From assembly GCA_037447435.1 (NCBI GenBank), contig JBBIGR010000044.1, positions 1,284 through 41,225 of the forward strand: a DNA stretch of 39,942 nt. Reading direction: 5' to 3'. This DNA comes from Fibrobacteria bacterium (GTDB lineage Bacteria; Fibrobacterota; Chitinivibrionia; Chitinivibrionales; FEN-1185). Within the stretch, counting starts at the first letter, position 1. Each line of letters begins with the position of its first letter. A model generated the notes under the pieces. It was not told the origin of the DNA. It did no database searches and saw nothing but the letters and a program-made list of their open reading frames with translations. This document shows, in pieces, positions 1 through 8,791 of this stretch. Position numbers and translations under genes: made by a program.

Positions 1-301
1 CCGATGGTGCCATGTGGCCACGATCATACAATGAACGGGTATAATCCTGGGGTGTGGCACTACCTGAATACACAGCAGGATCAGCCCTGAAATCATCTTT
101 ACGTGACACAGTTGAATTTTCCAATCGCGACTTACAAATCATATAGCAAACCCAGGATGGCTGTTTATACTGATCGGCAAATTCAAGGGTAAATGCATAA
201 TGATGAATTATTTGACCAGGACCAGCAGCAGGGAGAAAATTATTGAGGTTGGCGGCAAAAGATGTTGCAAAAAACCAAAGTAGGAAAAAAGGAATTCGCA
301 T
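1..301 (-). CDS. Secreted DNA/RNA non-specific endonuclease (NucA/Serratia family), 5' part; runs off the window edge
   Basis: Manual translation from ATG at 301: MRIPFFLLWFFATSFAANLNNFLP...FTLEFADQYKQPSWVCY...RKDDFRADP...ATPQDYTRSLYDRGHMAPS. It has a signal peptide plus the DRGH active-site motif. Not in the ORF track. Confidence 0.9.
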   Translation of the reverse strand, partial: MRIPFFLLWFFATSFAANLNNFLPAAGPGQIIHHYAFTLEFADQYKQPSWVCYMICKSRLENSTVSRKDDFRADPAVYSGSATPQDYTRSLYDRGHMAPS

Positions 302-552
302 GGTGCTTGCCTAGTAAAGCTTTTATTATCCCGGACTTTGGCCTTAGGATGTCTATGAAAGATGATACCATATTTCATTCAAATTTTCATTGGCTAAAAA
401 CTTTTTTTTACATCGCCAACAATGGAACTTTAAAACGAAAAACCTCGATGTTTTATTACTGCGACTACTACAAGTTCTTTGACTATCGGCTTATTGATCC
501 AAGCCTTGCTGGTGACTTTGGCAACGGATGCGTGGCATGGGGTGTTCAATAC

Positions 553-3500
553 TTACATATACTTATTGAGCATTGCTGCAAGTTCTGTTTTTCTAAAAGG
601 TTTACAAATGCTCGCAGTGAATCCATAGTCAGTTGGGCTTGACATAACCGGATCCTCAGCATAGCCACTGGAAACAAAAATAGGAGTTTTCGAACATATC
701 TTACGAATTTCTCTAACCGCTTCTTTACCGCCCATGCCACCGGGAATTGTCAGGTCAAATATCATGCCCGCAAGCTTCCGTTTTTTTTTATTTTCTGCTG
801 TAAAATATTCAATTGCCTCTTGACCCGAAATTTTACATACAACCGTGTAACCAATTAGCGTCAGCATATCTCCAATCATCTGCTGCATAACTTCTTCATC
901 GTCCATGATCAAAAATGTTCCGCTTCCACTATGCTTTTTGGTTTTCCTAGGTTTCGAAGCAGAAACCGAACCCTTTGACGCTGGCAGGATAACACGAAAA
1001 GTGCTGCCTTTTCCCTGTTCTGATTCAACATCAATACAACCACCATGTCGATCAATAATTGAAAAACAAGTTGCAAGACCAAGCCCGTGTCCTGTTGCTT
1101 TTGTAGTATAAAACGGATCGAAAATGCGAGGTAGAATATCTGGTGGAATACCAATGCCAGAATCATTAATTGAAATCAGAACATAATCACCAGAGGGCAA
1201 TTGACCATACCGCTTTGCTCTTAAGCAAACATTTTCTGCCGATATCGTTATCGTTCCACCATTTGGCATTGCTTGCTGAGCATTAATAATAATATTGTCT
1301 ATTACTTGTCCAATCTGATTCCTATCGTAGTTGCAAGAATGAAGATTATTTGAAATATTGAATTGGCACAACACGTTTGATCCACTAAGCGCAAATTGCG
1401 CGGTTTCTTGGACAAAAGGGAAAAGGTGATTAACATCCTTTATTGGAGCACCACCTTTTGCAAACGTCAATAATTGCTGGGTCAAACCGCGTGCTCGATC
1501 AATACTGCTGATAGATTTTGCAAGGTAGCTAGAGACTTTTTTTTCGGATGTCTGCTCAATCGCCATATCAATGTACCCGAAAATGGCACCGAGCAGATTG
1601 TTGAAATCATGCGCAATGCCACCAGCTAACAAACCCAGGGATTCAAGTTTCTGAGCATTTTGCAACATTTCCGCAGTCTTCTTCTTGTCGGTTACATCGT
1701 CGAAAATAACTGCGAATTGCCCTTTCTTCGGACAAAAAACCTGCCCTTCAAATACCTTTCCATTGTGAGGAGAGTATTGTTCGTAATGGGAAGAACCGCC
1801 TTCAATCGCAACCTTTGAAAATTGAGATAGCCACTTTGTTAATTCGTCTGGGGGCAACATTTCACCAACTGGCTTTCCGACAACATCTTCCTTTTTTAGC
1901 CCAAGGAGTTGTTCCGCAGATAGATTCATGTCAAGTGTATAATAGTCAACTGGATTGTTATCCTTATCAAACACTATCTGCTGAAGAGTTATTCCTGATT
2001 TCGTTTGCGAAAAAAGACTTCGATATTTGTCTTCACTCTCTTCCAATTTCTTTTCTGCAAGCTTGAGTTGAGTGATGTCCTGCGAAAGGATTTGAATCCC
2101 TATGATCCCATTGGTTGAATTAGTTATCTTTGTAAAGGTACTCAAGAAGTATTTATTTCCAATGGGCAAGGGGACTAAATCTTCGTAAACAACAGGGTTA
2201 TCTGAAAGACCAGTGTTCTTAATTCTGTCATGATAGAATACTGCTTCTGATTTTGGAAATATCTCGTAAATTGACTTTCCAGCAAAATCTTCTGGGAGAC
2301 CATTCATATGACCGGCTGCTAAACGATTATATGAAATAACGGTTCCGTCAAGGTTGTAGTAGCCGATTCCAATACCAGCGCTTTCATGAAGTAACCTGTA
2401 TTTTTCTTCACTTTCTTGTATTGCTTCTTTAGCCTTTGTTCTCGCTGTTATGTCCGAAAAGATTGTGGCAAACCAACCTTTTCTTGGTGAGAAAATAGAA
2501 ATGGTAAAGTGTTTTTGAAGCGGAGGAAAATAGGACTCAAAAGAACTGGATTTGCCGGTTTTAATTACTTGGTCATAGATTTCTAAATAAGGAGCAGAAT
2601 CGGTCTTGTAAACCTCGGTAGCAAGGCACCCAATAGCCGTTTTGATTGCAATTCCCGTATGAACTTCAAACATAGGATTCGCGTCGACTATTCGATAATT
2701 TAACGCTTTATCATCACCGTCATAAATCATTTCATGTAAGACAACGCCCTCAGATATACTTTCGAATAGCTGTCGATATTTTCGTTCATTTTCCGACATA
2801 AGTTCTTCAGCCTTTTTACGTTCCGTAATATCGATAAGGATTCCTTCAATACCAATCACCTTATCATCTTGCATAACTGGCCTTGCAGAAAAACTGTGCC
2901 AACCAACAGACATGTCTGCACATTTCCGTGAAAATTCTCCCGACAAGTGCCGGGGATCTCCGTTCAAAATACCCTGAATGACCACTCTGGCGGCTTCAAC
3001 ATCTCCCGGTCTTTGGATGATTTCGAAGTGTTGACCGATTATATCTTCTTTGGAATTGTATTTATACAGCCGAACCCATGCATTATTTACATCACGAATT
3101 ATGCCTTCTTTGTCAATGAAGAAGTAGCCGGCATCCGTGTTCTCCAAGATTAAACGAAAATGTGATTCACTATCCTTTAGCACGCTTGTCGTATGAATCC
3201 GAGAAAGGGCAATGCCAATACTTGCGCTTATCCCCTCAAAAAATCGAACCGTTTCAATGGAAAGGCGGTTTATACGGCGGTCGTTGAGCTGAAGCAATCC
3301 AATAATCTTCGATTTGTTTCGGATTGGGATCAACGCAATCGATCTAAATCCATGATGAATACAATTGTTTCTGGGATGAAGTCGGGGATCTTGATCACGA
3401 GGAAGATCCAGTAATGGAATTGAATCATTCGTCCAAAAACTCCCACCTTCCGTGAACAGGGTATTTGTTGAGTCTGCCTGTCCACTTAACACTATTCCAC

Positions 3501-3810
3501 AGGTGCATTCTAGGCTGATATTTCCATCTTTGTCTCGGCAAATACCTCCAGTGGAGTTTTTGACATTCAAAGTATTTTCAGTGATAAGAAAATCCTTCGA
3601 AAAACCATCTTGCGCAAAATACGGATAGTCATCGTCTTTTCGAAGACGAATTCCTACTGCGCCAAAGTTGGTTTCGACTTTAATGGTTTTGAGAATGTCG
3701 GCTATCGTTTGATCAATGGGGTTTTCGTCGTTGAGAATATTAAATAGCTTGATGGCTAAAGTCTCGCGGACAATCGAATTTCTTATATCGTTGCCCCCGG
3801 TATCCTCCAT
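553..3810 (-). CDS. Hybrid sensor histidine kinase/response regulator (GAF, multiple PAS, HisKA, HATPase, REC)
   Basis: H-box GGIAHDFNNLL, N-box QVIDNIINAQQAM, G-boxes DSGIGI/FDPFYTTK/GHGLGLA, receiver MDDE...FDLTIPGGMGG...KPF; PAS repeats ending DIT; N-terminal GAF (SIALIPIR...IGLLQL). Confidence 0.95.
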   Translation of the reverse strand: MEDTGGNDIRNSIVRETLAIKLFNILNDENPIDQTIADILKTIKVETNFGAVGIRLRKDDDYPYFAQDGFSKDFLITENTLNVKNSTGGICRDKDGNISLECTCGIVLSGQADSTNTLFTEGGSFWTNDSIPLLDLPRDQDPRLHPRNNCIHHGFRSIALIPIRNKSKIIGLLQLNDRRINRLSIETVRFFEGISASIGIALSRIHTTSVLKDSESHFRLILENTDAGYFFIDKEGIIRDVNNAWVRLYKYNSKEDIIGQHFEIIQRPGDVEAARVVIQGILNGDPRHLSGEFSRKCADMSVGWHSFSARPVMQDDKVIGIEGILIDITERKKAEELMSENERKYRQLFESISEGVVLHEMIYDGDDKALNYRIVDANPMFEVHTGIAIKTAIGCLATEVYKTDSAPYLEIYDQVIKTGKSSSFESYFPPLQKHFTISIFSPRKGWFATIFSDITARTKAKEAIQESEEKYRLLHESAGIGIGYYNLDGTVISYNRLAAGHMNGLPEDFAGKSIYEIFPKSEAVFYHDRIKNTGLSDNPVVYEDLVPLPIGNKYFLSTFTKITNSTNGIIGIQILSQDITQLKLAEKKLEESEDKYRSLFSQTKSGITLQQIVFDKDNNPVDYYTLDMNLSAEQLLGLKKEDVVGKPVGEMLPPDELTKWLSQFSKVAIEGGSSHYEQYSPHNGKVFEGQVFCPKKGQFAVIFDDVTDKKKTAEMLQNAQKLESLGLLAGGIAHDFNNLLGAIFGYIDMAIEQTSEKKVSSYLAKSISSIDRARGLTQQLLTFAKGGAPIKDVNHLFPFVQETAQFALSGSNVLCQFNISNNLHSCNYDRNQIGQVIDNIIINAQQAMPNGGTITISAENVCLRAKRYGQLPSGDYVLISINDSGIGIPPDILPRIFDPFYTTKATGHGLGLATCFSIIDRHGGCIDVESEQGKGSTFRVILPASKGSVSASKPRKTKKHSGSGTFLIMDDEEVMQQMIGDMLTLIGYTVVCKISGQEAIEYFTAENKKKRKLAGMIFDLTIPGGMGGKEAVREIRKICSKTPIFVSSGYAEDPVMSSPTDYGFTASICKPFRKTELAAMLNKYM

Positions 3811-4210
3811 GGAGTTGATTTCCTTTACATCATCTATTCTGAATTTAAACTATGAGTCGATTAATCTGCGATTTGCTGAATAAGCGACGTATAAACAAGG
3901 AATGGCGAAATCATGCTTATAAAATGGAATTCACAACAAGCTGCGGTTGAGTGTGATCTAGCCGTTGAATACCCTTTTCAAAAAGACAGAAAAAAGACAC
4001 TTTGTATATTATATCATGGACTGCTTGTCTTGTCAAAACAAATAATATAATAACGCGATGATGGTATGCGGGGATGAATATCATCGGCAAAGTAAGTATT
4101 GTAGACAAAACGCGGAGTTGGCTGTACTAGAACTTTTAACATCAAAAAGCCAGGCAAGAGTGTGGCTCGATGGAGCAATATCAGAAAAGGCTTTACGCAG
4201 CAAGAATTGG

Positions 4211-4462
4211 CTATTCTGGTCGGAAAGCTTCATTAGTGATATAGGTGTCGAAGAATTCTTTAAATCTGACGATTTTGCAGTCTTTTAGAGAGACTAAGTG
4301 GACAAAGTCCGACTCATAGGTTTTACCTGTTGATTTTGCGAGACATTTCGTGAAACCAATGACGGCAACGCATCCTGGTTTGTTAGAAATTGAACAGTTT
4401 CCAACTTTTGCTTTAAATGCATCGTCGTGATTTCGGCGTTCTCTTTTTATTTTGTTGCACAT
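4211..4462 (-). pseudogene. Chimeric remnant: IS3-family OrfA N-terminus (KRERRNHDDAFKAKV) fused to the C-terminal part of a SnoaL/NTF2-like protein
   Basis: The N-terminal peptide matches the typical IS3 OrfA start RRxHxxxFKAKV. The C-terminal VAVIGFTKCLAKSTGKTYESDFVHLVSLKDCKIVRFKEFFDT matches the end of ketosteroid-isomerase-like proteins. Confidence 0.7.
4401..4441. repeat. 41-bp direct repeat, copy 1 (IS3 orfA-derived; candidate att site)
   Basis: ccaacttttgctttaaatgcatcgtcgtgatttcggcgttc; 36/41 identical to 11628-11668. Confidence 0.85.
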
Positions 4463-4612
4463 TCTTGAGTATAGTTATCCGAAGTTATGATAATAACGAC
4501 AAGTATACAATGCTATCGGTTTATGATTTTTGTCGTTGATCGGAGGGTGTTTTGAAGAACTAGGGCCAGACTGAGTTATCGATTTGCTAAAAAAATTAAA
4601 ATAATTATCAGT

Positions 4613-4828
4613 TCAATCTTCTTTTTTCTCGCCGATTTTTAGACCAAGAAATTTAACCAGCGATTGAATCAAAATTATTGAAGCGTTTTTGTGGCCTTCT
4701 TGTAAAGCTTTTTCATTCACAGCATCGTAAATTTTACGATCTATCCACGCACCTAAAAACACCTTGTTTTTATCGCGTTTGGGCCCTGCTTTTTTTACTG
4801 CTTTTTTATCCATATTCTTAAAATACAT
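4613..4828 (-). CDS. Small ribbon-helix-helix-like DNA-binding protein, putative repressor
   Basis: Basic N-terminus, then beta-strand KVFLGAWI, helix DRKIYDAVNEKALQEG and helix NASIILIQSLVKFL; divergent from the rmuC operon. Confidence 0.6.
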   Translation of the reverse strand: MYFKNMDKKAVKKAGPKRDKNKVFLGAWIDRKIYDAVNEKALQEGHKNASIILIQSLVKFLGLKIGEKKED

Positions 4829-4832
4829 CGTC

Positions 4833-4920
4833 TTGTTTAACAGTGTAAAAATAAATAAATGTTGACACTTTTAATTTTTGGGGGTATATTTTGTTTAACA
4901 GTGTTTAACACTGTGTAACG
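4833..4920 (+). promoter_or_regulatory. Sigma70 promoter TTGACA-N17-TATATT (4862-4890) with TGTT-N-AACA operator boxes
   Basis: ttgaca at 4862-4867 and tatatt at 4885-4890. tgtttaaca occurs at 4834-4842, 4892-4900 and 4902-4910, with a variant tgtgtaacg at 4912-4920 (10-bp period). Confidence 0.8.
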
Positions 4921-5091
4921 CTTTAAAAAAATCTTCAAAGGAGGATAAATGTAACAAAAGGAAAATCGTGACCCTGTGGGCGGTATGAAAGGTGCCGCCC
5001 ATAATAAAATTTGAAACTCAATTATTAACTAGAGGAATAATGTGTCGCTACTAAATTTCAAAAACGATGTTGGATTTATCCAGGAGGATTT

Positions 5092-6468
5092 ATGATAATT
5101 CAATTTTTTGAATGGTTTTTATTAGGATCAATCATTGGTGGTTTTATTTCATGGCTTTATCTTAAACGTAAACTTAAAATTACAGAAACCGAGATAATAA
5201 ATGCTAAAGAAGGGTTAGGCCGTGTCACTCATGATTGCGAAACTTTTCAAACACAATTAACCGAGTGTGAAGAAATAACAGAAACGAACAAACAACGAAT
5301 CAAAGATTTGGAATCAGAAATTACAGATAAACGTGTTGCTATTGCCGAATTGGAAACGAGACGAGGAGAACAGCAAAAACATTTCGAAGAAAAACTGAAG
5401 TTTTTAAATGAGACTCGATCTGAACTGACAAACGAATTCTCTGTGCTCGCCAATAAAATCCTTGAGGAAAATGGAAAAGTCTTTACCATACAAAATCGTG
5501 AAAATATCGATATGGTTCTATCTCCCCTTCGCGAACAAATCGGAGAATTTAAAAAACGCGTTGAAGATGTTCACCTCCAACAGGAAACAAGCAGAGCTGC
5601 ATTAGTAAATGAAATAGGTAATTTAAAAAGCCTTGGCCTTAAAATCAGCACCGATGCAACTAACTTGACTCAGGCTCTTAAGGGAGATAATAAGGCTCAA
5701 GGCAATTGGGGTGAGCTCGTTTTAGAGAAGGTACTTGAACAGAGCGGGCTGGAACGTGGTCGCGAGTTTGAAACGCAATTTCAAACAATTGATGCCAATG
5801 GAGAACGTTATATCCCGGACGCTATTGTTCGACTGCCTATGGAAAAGGATGTTGTGATAGATGCAAAGGCTTCCCTACTTGCCTTTGAAAAATACTGTTC
5901 ATCCGAAAATGCTTTAGAGCAAGAAATTGCTCTAGACACCCATACGCAATCAATAAAACTTCACATCAAAACGCTTAGTGAAAAGCGATACGAAAACCTC
6001 CAGGAAATCCGCTCTTTAGACCTTGTAATTATGTTTATCCCCATAGAATCAGCATTTATTGCCGCAATTAAACATGATCCGAACATTGTTTCATTCGCAT
6101 TTTCGAAAAACATTATCCTTTGTTGTCCATCTTTGCTTTTGGTAGTACTTAAAACTATCGCTTGGTCCTGGCGAACTGAAAATCAAAACCGAAATGTAAT
6201 GGAAATTGCACGGAAAGCCGGAGATTTGTACGACAAGTTTTGCGGATTTCTTTCTACATTGGAAGATATCGGAAATAACATCCGTAAGTCAAATGATAGC
6301 TATGAAAATGCAATAAAAATATTATCCACCGGAAAAGGCAACCTTATCCGCCGAGCCCAGGAACTGAAGGTTCTTGGGGTGAATGGTAAAAAAGAAATAC
6401 CTGATAAATTTCTTAACATGACTGATTCTGTTTTAGAACAAGCAAGAATAGAAGGAGAGATATTATGA
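5092..6468 (+). CDS. rmuC: DNA recombination protein RmuC
   Basis: N-terminal TM segment, long coiled coil, then LTQALKGDNKAQGNWGELVLE, PDAIVRLP..VVIDAKASL, MFIPIESAF and LYDKF motifs; SD aggagg upstream. Confidence 0.93.
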   Translation: MIIQFFEWFLLGSIIGGFISWLYLKRKLKITETEIINAKEGLGRVTHDCETFQTQLTECEEITETNKQRIKDLESEITDKRVAIAELETRRGEQQKHFEEKLKFLNETRSELTNEFSVLANKILEENGKVFTIQNRENIDMVLSPLREQIGEFKKRVEDVHLQQETSRAALVNEIGNLKSLGLKISTDATNLTQALKGDNKAQGNWGELVLEKVLEQSGLERGREFETQFQTIDANGERYIPDAIVRLPMEKDVVIDAKASLLAFEKYCSSENALEQEIALDTHTQSIKLHIKTLSEKRYENLQEIRSLDLVIMFIPIESAFIAAIKHDPNIVSFAFSKNIILCCPSLLLVVLKTIAWSWRTENQNRNVMEIARKAGDLYDKFCGFLSTLEDIGNNIRKSNDSYENAIKILSTGKGNLIRRAQELKVLGVNGKKEIPDKFLNMTDSVLEQARIEGEIL

Positions 6469-6893
6469 AGGATAAAAATGGATTGCAAATAATTGAACCA
6501 TCCGCTAAAATTGCACCTTGCAATAAATGCGGAAAAAATATTGCAGATGTTTCAAATTTCATTTATTCAGGTCTCGTTTTGGATTTTGAAGATTCAAAGC
6601 TGGAATATAATAACTGTAAAAAATGCGAAACATTGTTTGCAATAGAGTACCGTTTTTTTGATAATAATGGCCACATAAACAAATTGGCTTTCACTTCAGA
6701 TATTAACAAACCTGAATTTGAATTTTCCTCATTGCTTTCAGCCAATCAAAAAGCTATGGTGGAAAACCATATGGCTGAATGTCCATCCTGTCAGACTAGG
6801 CGCGACGAAGAAATTCTGACTGACGCGTGGCTAGGGGATTTTTTCAATGATCTAAGACGTACGTCCAAGAAGTCTATCAGAACCAGGCCGTAA
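6465..6893 (+). CDS. Hypothetical zinc-binding protein (2x CxxC plus HxxxCxxC)
   Basis: CNKC, CKKC and HMAECPSC motifs; ATGA overlap with the rmuC stop; SD gaagga. Confidence 0.7.
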   Translation: MKDKNGLQIIEPSAKIAPCNKCGKNIADVSNFIYSGLVLDFEDSKLEYNNCKKCETLFAIEYRFFDNNGHINKLAFTSDINKPEFEFSSLLSANQKAMVENHMAECPSCQTRRDEEILTDAWLGDFFNDLRRTSKKSIRTRP

Positions 6894-6925
6894 ATAAACC
6901 AGAACCATTTTCAAAGGCATTTAAA

Positions 6926-7528
6926 ATGATTCGTAGAATATCATCAATTGCACTATACGACAAAAAAGCTAACGATTTTGTGAACTTCCCTATTTTCACT
7001 CCATGCCTATGTAGTATTCATTTGTTTTTAGAGGTGAAACAGTTTGGAATGCGACGATTTCTTTTTGATGCACTGCAGGTTTTATTAAACAACTATTGCC
7101 TGCCCATTAAGGAAATCAATGCTCAGTATAAAAAACATGGTTTGGAAAACTTTGTGGTTATTGTTGATGGGTTTGACAATGAGGGCTATTCTAAAAAATT
7201 GTTTTATCAAAAAGAATCAACCAAACATATCTCTATAACGCCTTCCACTCCAAGCGACAGATCTGATAAAGCACGATCGCTATGGCAATCATCTCTGCAA
7301 TCCTCAAATGGAGATATAGAAATCTCAAACCATTTGTCTATCGTAATTCGTCATGACGGGCCGATGGTTTTTCTTGAACCAGAAAATTTGTCGTCGGGTT
7401 TTTACGACGAATTAATTCAAACTGATAACCAGTCCATTTTTTTGACTTGTAATATCGAAAAGGCCCTGGGATTGATTGATGTGGCCAGATCAAAATTCAT
7501 TGCACAGGAGGATGAACATGGGAATTGA
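6926..7528 (+). CDS. Hypothetical protein, degenerate ABC/Rad50-like ATPase fold (paralog A)
   Basis: Aligns by eye with 7518-8141. The pseudo-Walker A region LFLEVKQFGMRRFLFDALQVLL lacks GKS/T; pseudo-Walker B is PMVFLEPE, followed by QSIFLT. Confidence 0.55.
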   Translation: MIRRISSIALYDKKANDFVNFPIFTPCLCSIHLFLEVKQFGMRRFLFDALQVLLNNYCLPIKEINAQYKKHGLENFVVIVDGFDNEGYSKKLFYQKESTKHISITPSTPSDRSDKARSLWQSSLQSSNGDIEISNHLSIVIRHDGPMVFLEPENLSSGFYDELIQTDNQSIFLTCNIEKALGLIDVARSKFIAQEDEHGN

Positions 7529-8141
7529 ATTCAAAAAAGCCCTGCATTTTAGCTTGATTGGGAAACAAGGTGAACCAATAAATTTTCATTCAATTCAGCC
7601 TAGAAGCAATCTGTTCTTAATACAAATTCCAAACCAGAATATTCGACGATTTGTTTATGACGCATTTACCACAATATTATCTGGAATCAATTTGACAACT
7701 GATCAGGAGTTTGTAAGAGATTATTTGTACATTCAAAACAATCTTCATCATTTGACTGCTGATTTTAAATTCCTTAGCAGAAATGGCTCGGAAGTTTCTT
7801 TGAACTACCGTTGGAAAAGACAGTTTTTTATTGATCCGGTTTACTATAACCAGCGGCAAGCCGAAACAGTTTTTAAGAGTTTATTAGCTAAGCCGAATCG
7901 TGAAAAATCTTGGAGATCCAGCCTGGAATTTTCTGATGAAGAAGTAACGGTCACTAATGGCATAAATTTTATTGCGAATTCCAATAAATTAAATAAACCA
8001 CTTGTTCTTTTAGAAATTGACAAGGCCACTCCATTGTCCATTTCAAACGTCTTGGATTATAATGGTCAGATCATCATCCTTATTGAAAGAATTGAAAATA
8101 TTCTGAAGAAACTTTCTACAGCGACTCTGGAGGAAAAATGA
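7518..8141 (+). CDS. Hypothetical protein, degenerate ABC/Rad50-like ATPase fold (paralog B)
   Basis: SD aggagg at 7506-7511 supports a start at 7518. Motifs NLFLIQIPNQNIRRFVYDAFTTIL, PLVLLEID and GQIIIL. Confidence 0.55.
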   Translation: MGIEFKKALHFSLIGKQGEPINFHSIQPRSNLFLIQIPNQNIRRFVYDAFTTILSGINLTTDQEFVRDYLYIQNNLHHLTADFKFLSRNGSEVSLNYRWKRQFFIDPVYYNQRQAETVFKSLLAKPNREKSWRSSLEFSDEEVTVTNGINFIANSNKLNKPLVLLEIDKATPLSISNVLDYNGQIIILIERIENILKKLSTATLEEK

Positions 8142-8533
8142 AAAACGCAAACGAAAGCGACAAACAGAATGCACTAAATAAGCCGGCACCAAAATTGCCA
8201 GCTGAGAAAAAACCAAGTAAATCAGCTCTGGAACTTTTTAATGCGTTAGCAGCCGAACAGAAAGCCGCGGCAAAAAAGGCTGATCAGTATAAAATTCAAA
8301 TTCAGGGAAAACTCTCTCATTCGGAAAGAGTTGAAGCCTTTTACTTTTTTTGTAAAAATCAAGAATATGACAGTGGCGGGAATACCCGAAAACGACTTTT
8401 ACGAAGCATTGATGATGTGTCACTGGTTTCGGTTTATGACTTTAAAAGCAAATTTCCTATTTCGTTAGTCAGGCTAATAAATATTCGATTATTGCCAAAA
8501 AAGGAAAATACAAATGGCTTCAGAATTACCTGA
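8138..8533 (+). CDS. Hypothetical protein
   Basis: ATGA overlap with the upstream stop, SD ggagga; Lys/Pro/Ala-rich N-terminus; no family recognised. Confidence 0.6.
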   Translation: MKNANESDKQNALNKPAPKLPAEKKPSKSALELFNALAAEQKAAAKKADQYKIQIQGKLSHSERVEAFYFFCKNQEYDSGGNTRKRLLRSIDDVSLVSVYDFKSKFPISLVRLINIRLLPKKENTNGFRIT

Positions 8534-8705
8534 AATCCCCAAAAATATACCTCCCAAATTATGGGCCCAATTAAAGGCATTTGCCGTTGAGCCCACCGGA
8601 GCTGAGGTTTTACGTCCATTACTTAAAATACTGGCTTACGAAATTTTCTTCGAATTGTCTGGTTTAAAAACTCCTGCAAACGATCTAAAGAAAATAAAAA
8701 AATAA
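8514..8705 (+). CDS. Small hypothetical protein upstream of the serine recombinase
   Basis: SD aagga; overlaps the previous ORF; helical 63 aa with a basic tail. Confidence 0.55.
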   Translation: MASELPEIPKNIPPKLWAQLKAFAVEPTGAEVLRPLLKILAYEIFFELSGLKTPANDLKKIKK

Positions 8706-8791
8706 AAAACATCTTTAATATTCAATTTTTTTTTTGTATCACAATTATAGCTCAATTTTGCAGTGTTAAAAACCTATACAAAGGAAAAGGT

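Noticed and set aside
196..212. taaatgcataatgatga as a third copy of the 41-bp repeat
   Set aside because: Only a short partial match, and it lies within nuclease coding sequence.
262..642. 126-aa plus-strand ORF
   Set aside because: It overlaps the nuclease start and kinase end on the opposite strand and has no motif.
3850..4210. Integron attC-like sites around the SnoaL remnant
   Set aside because: No clean RYYYAAC...GTTRRRY pair with internal dyad, and no integron integrase in the window.
4380..4500. Complete IS3 element
   Set aside because: Only ~15 codons of orfA are present; no orfB/DDE domain or convincing terminal inverted repeats.
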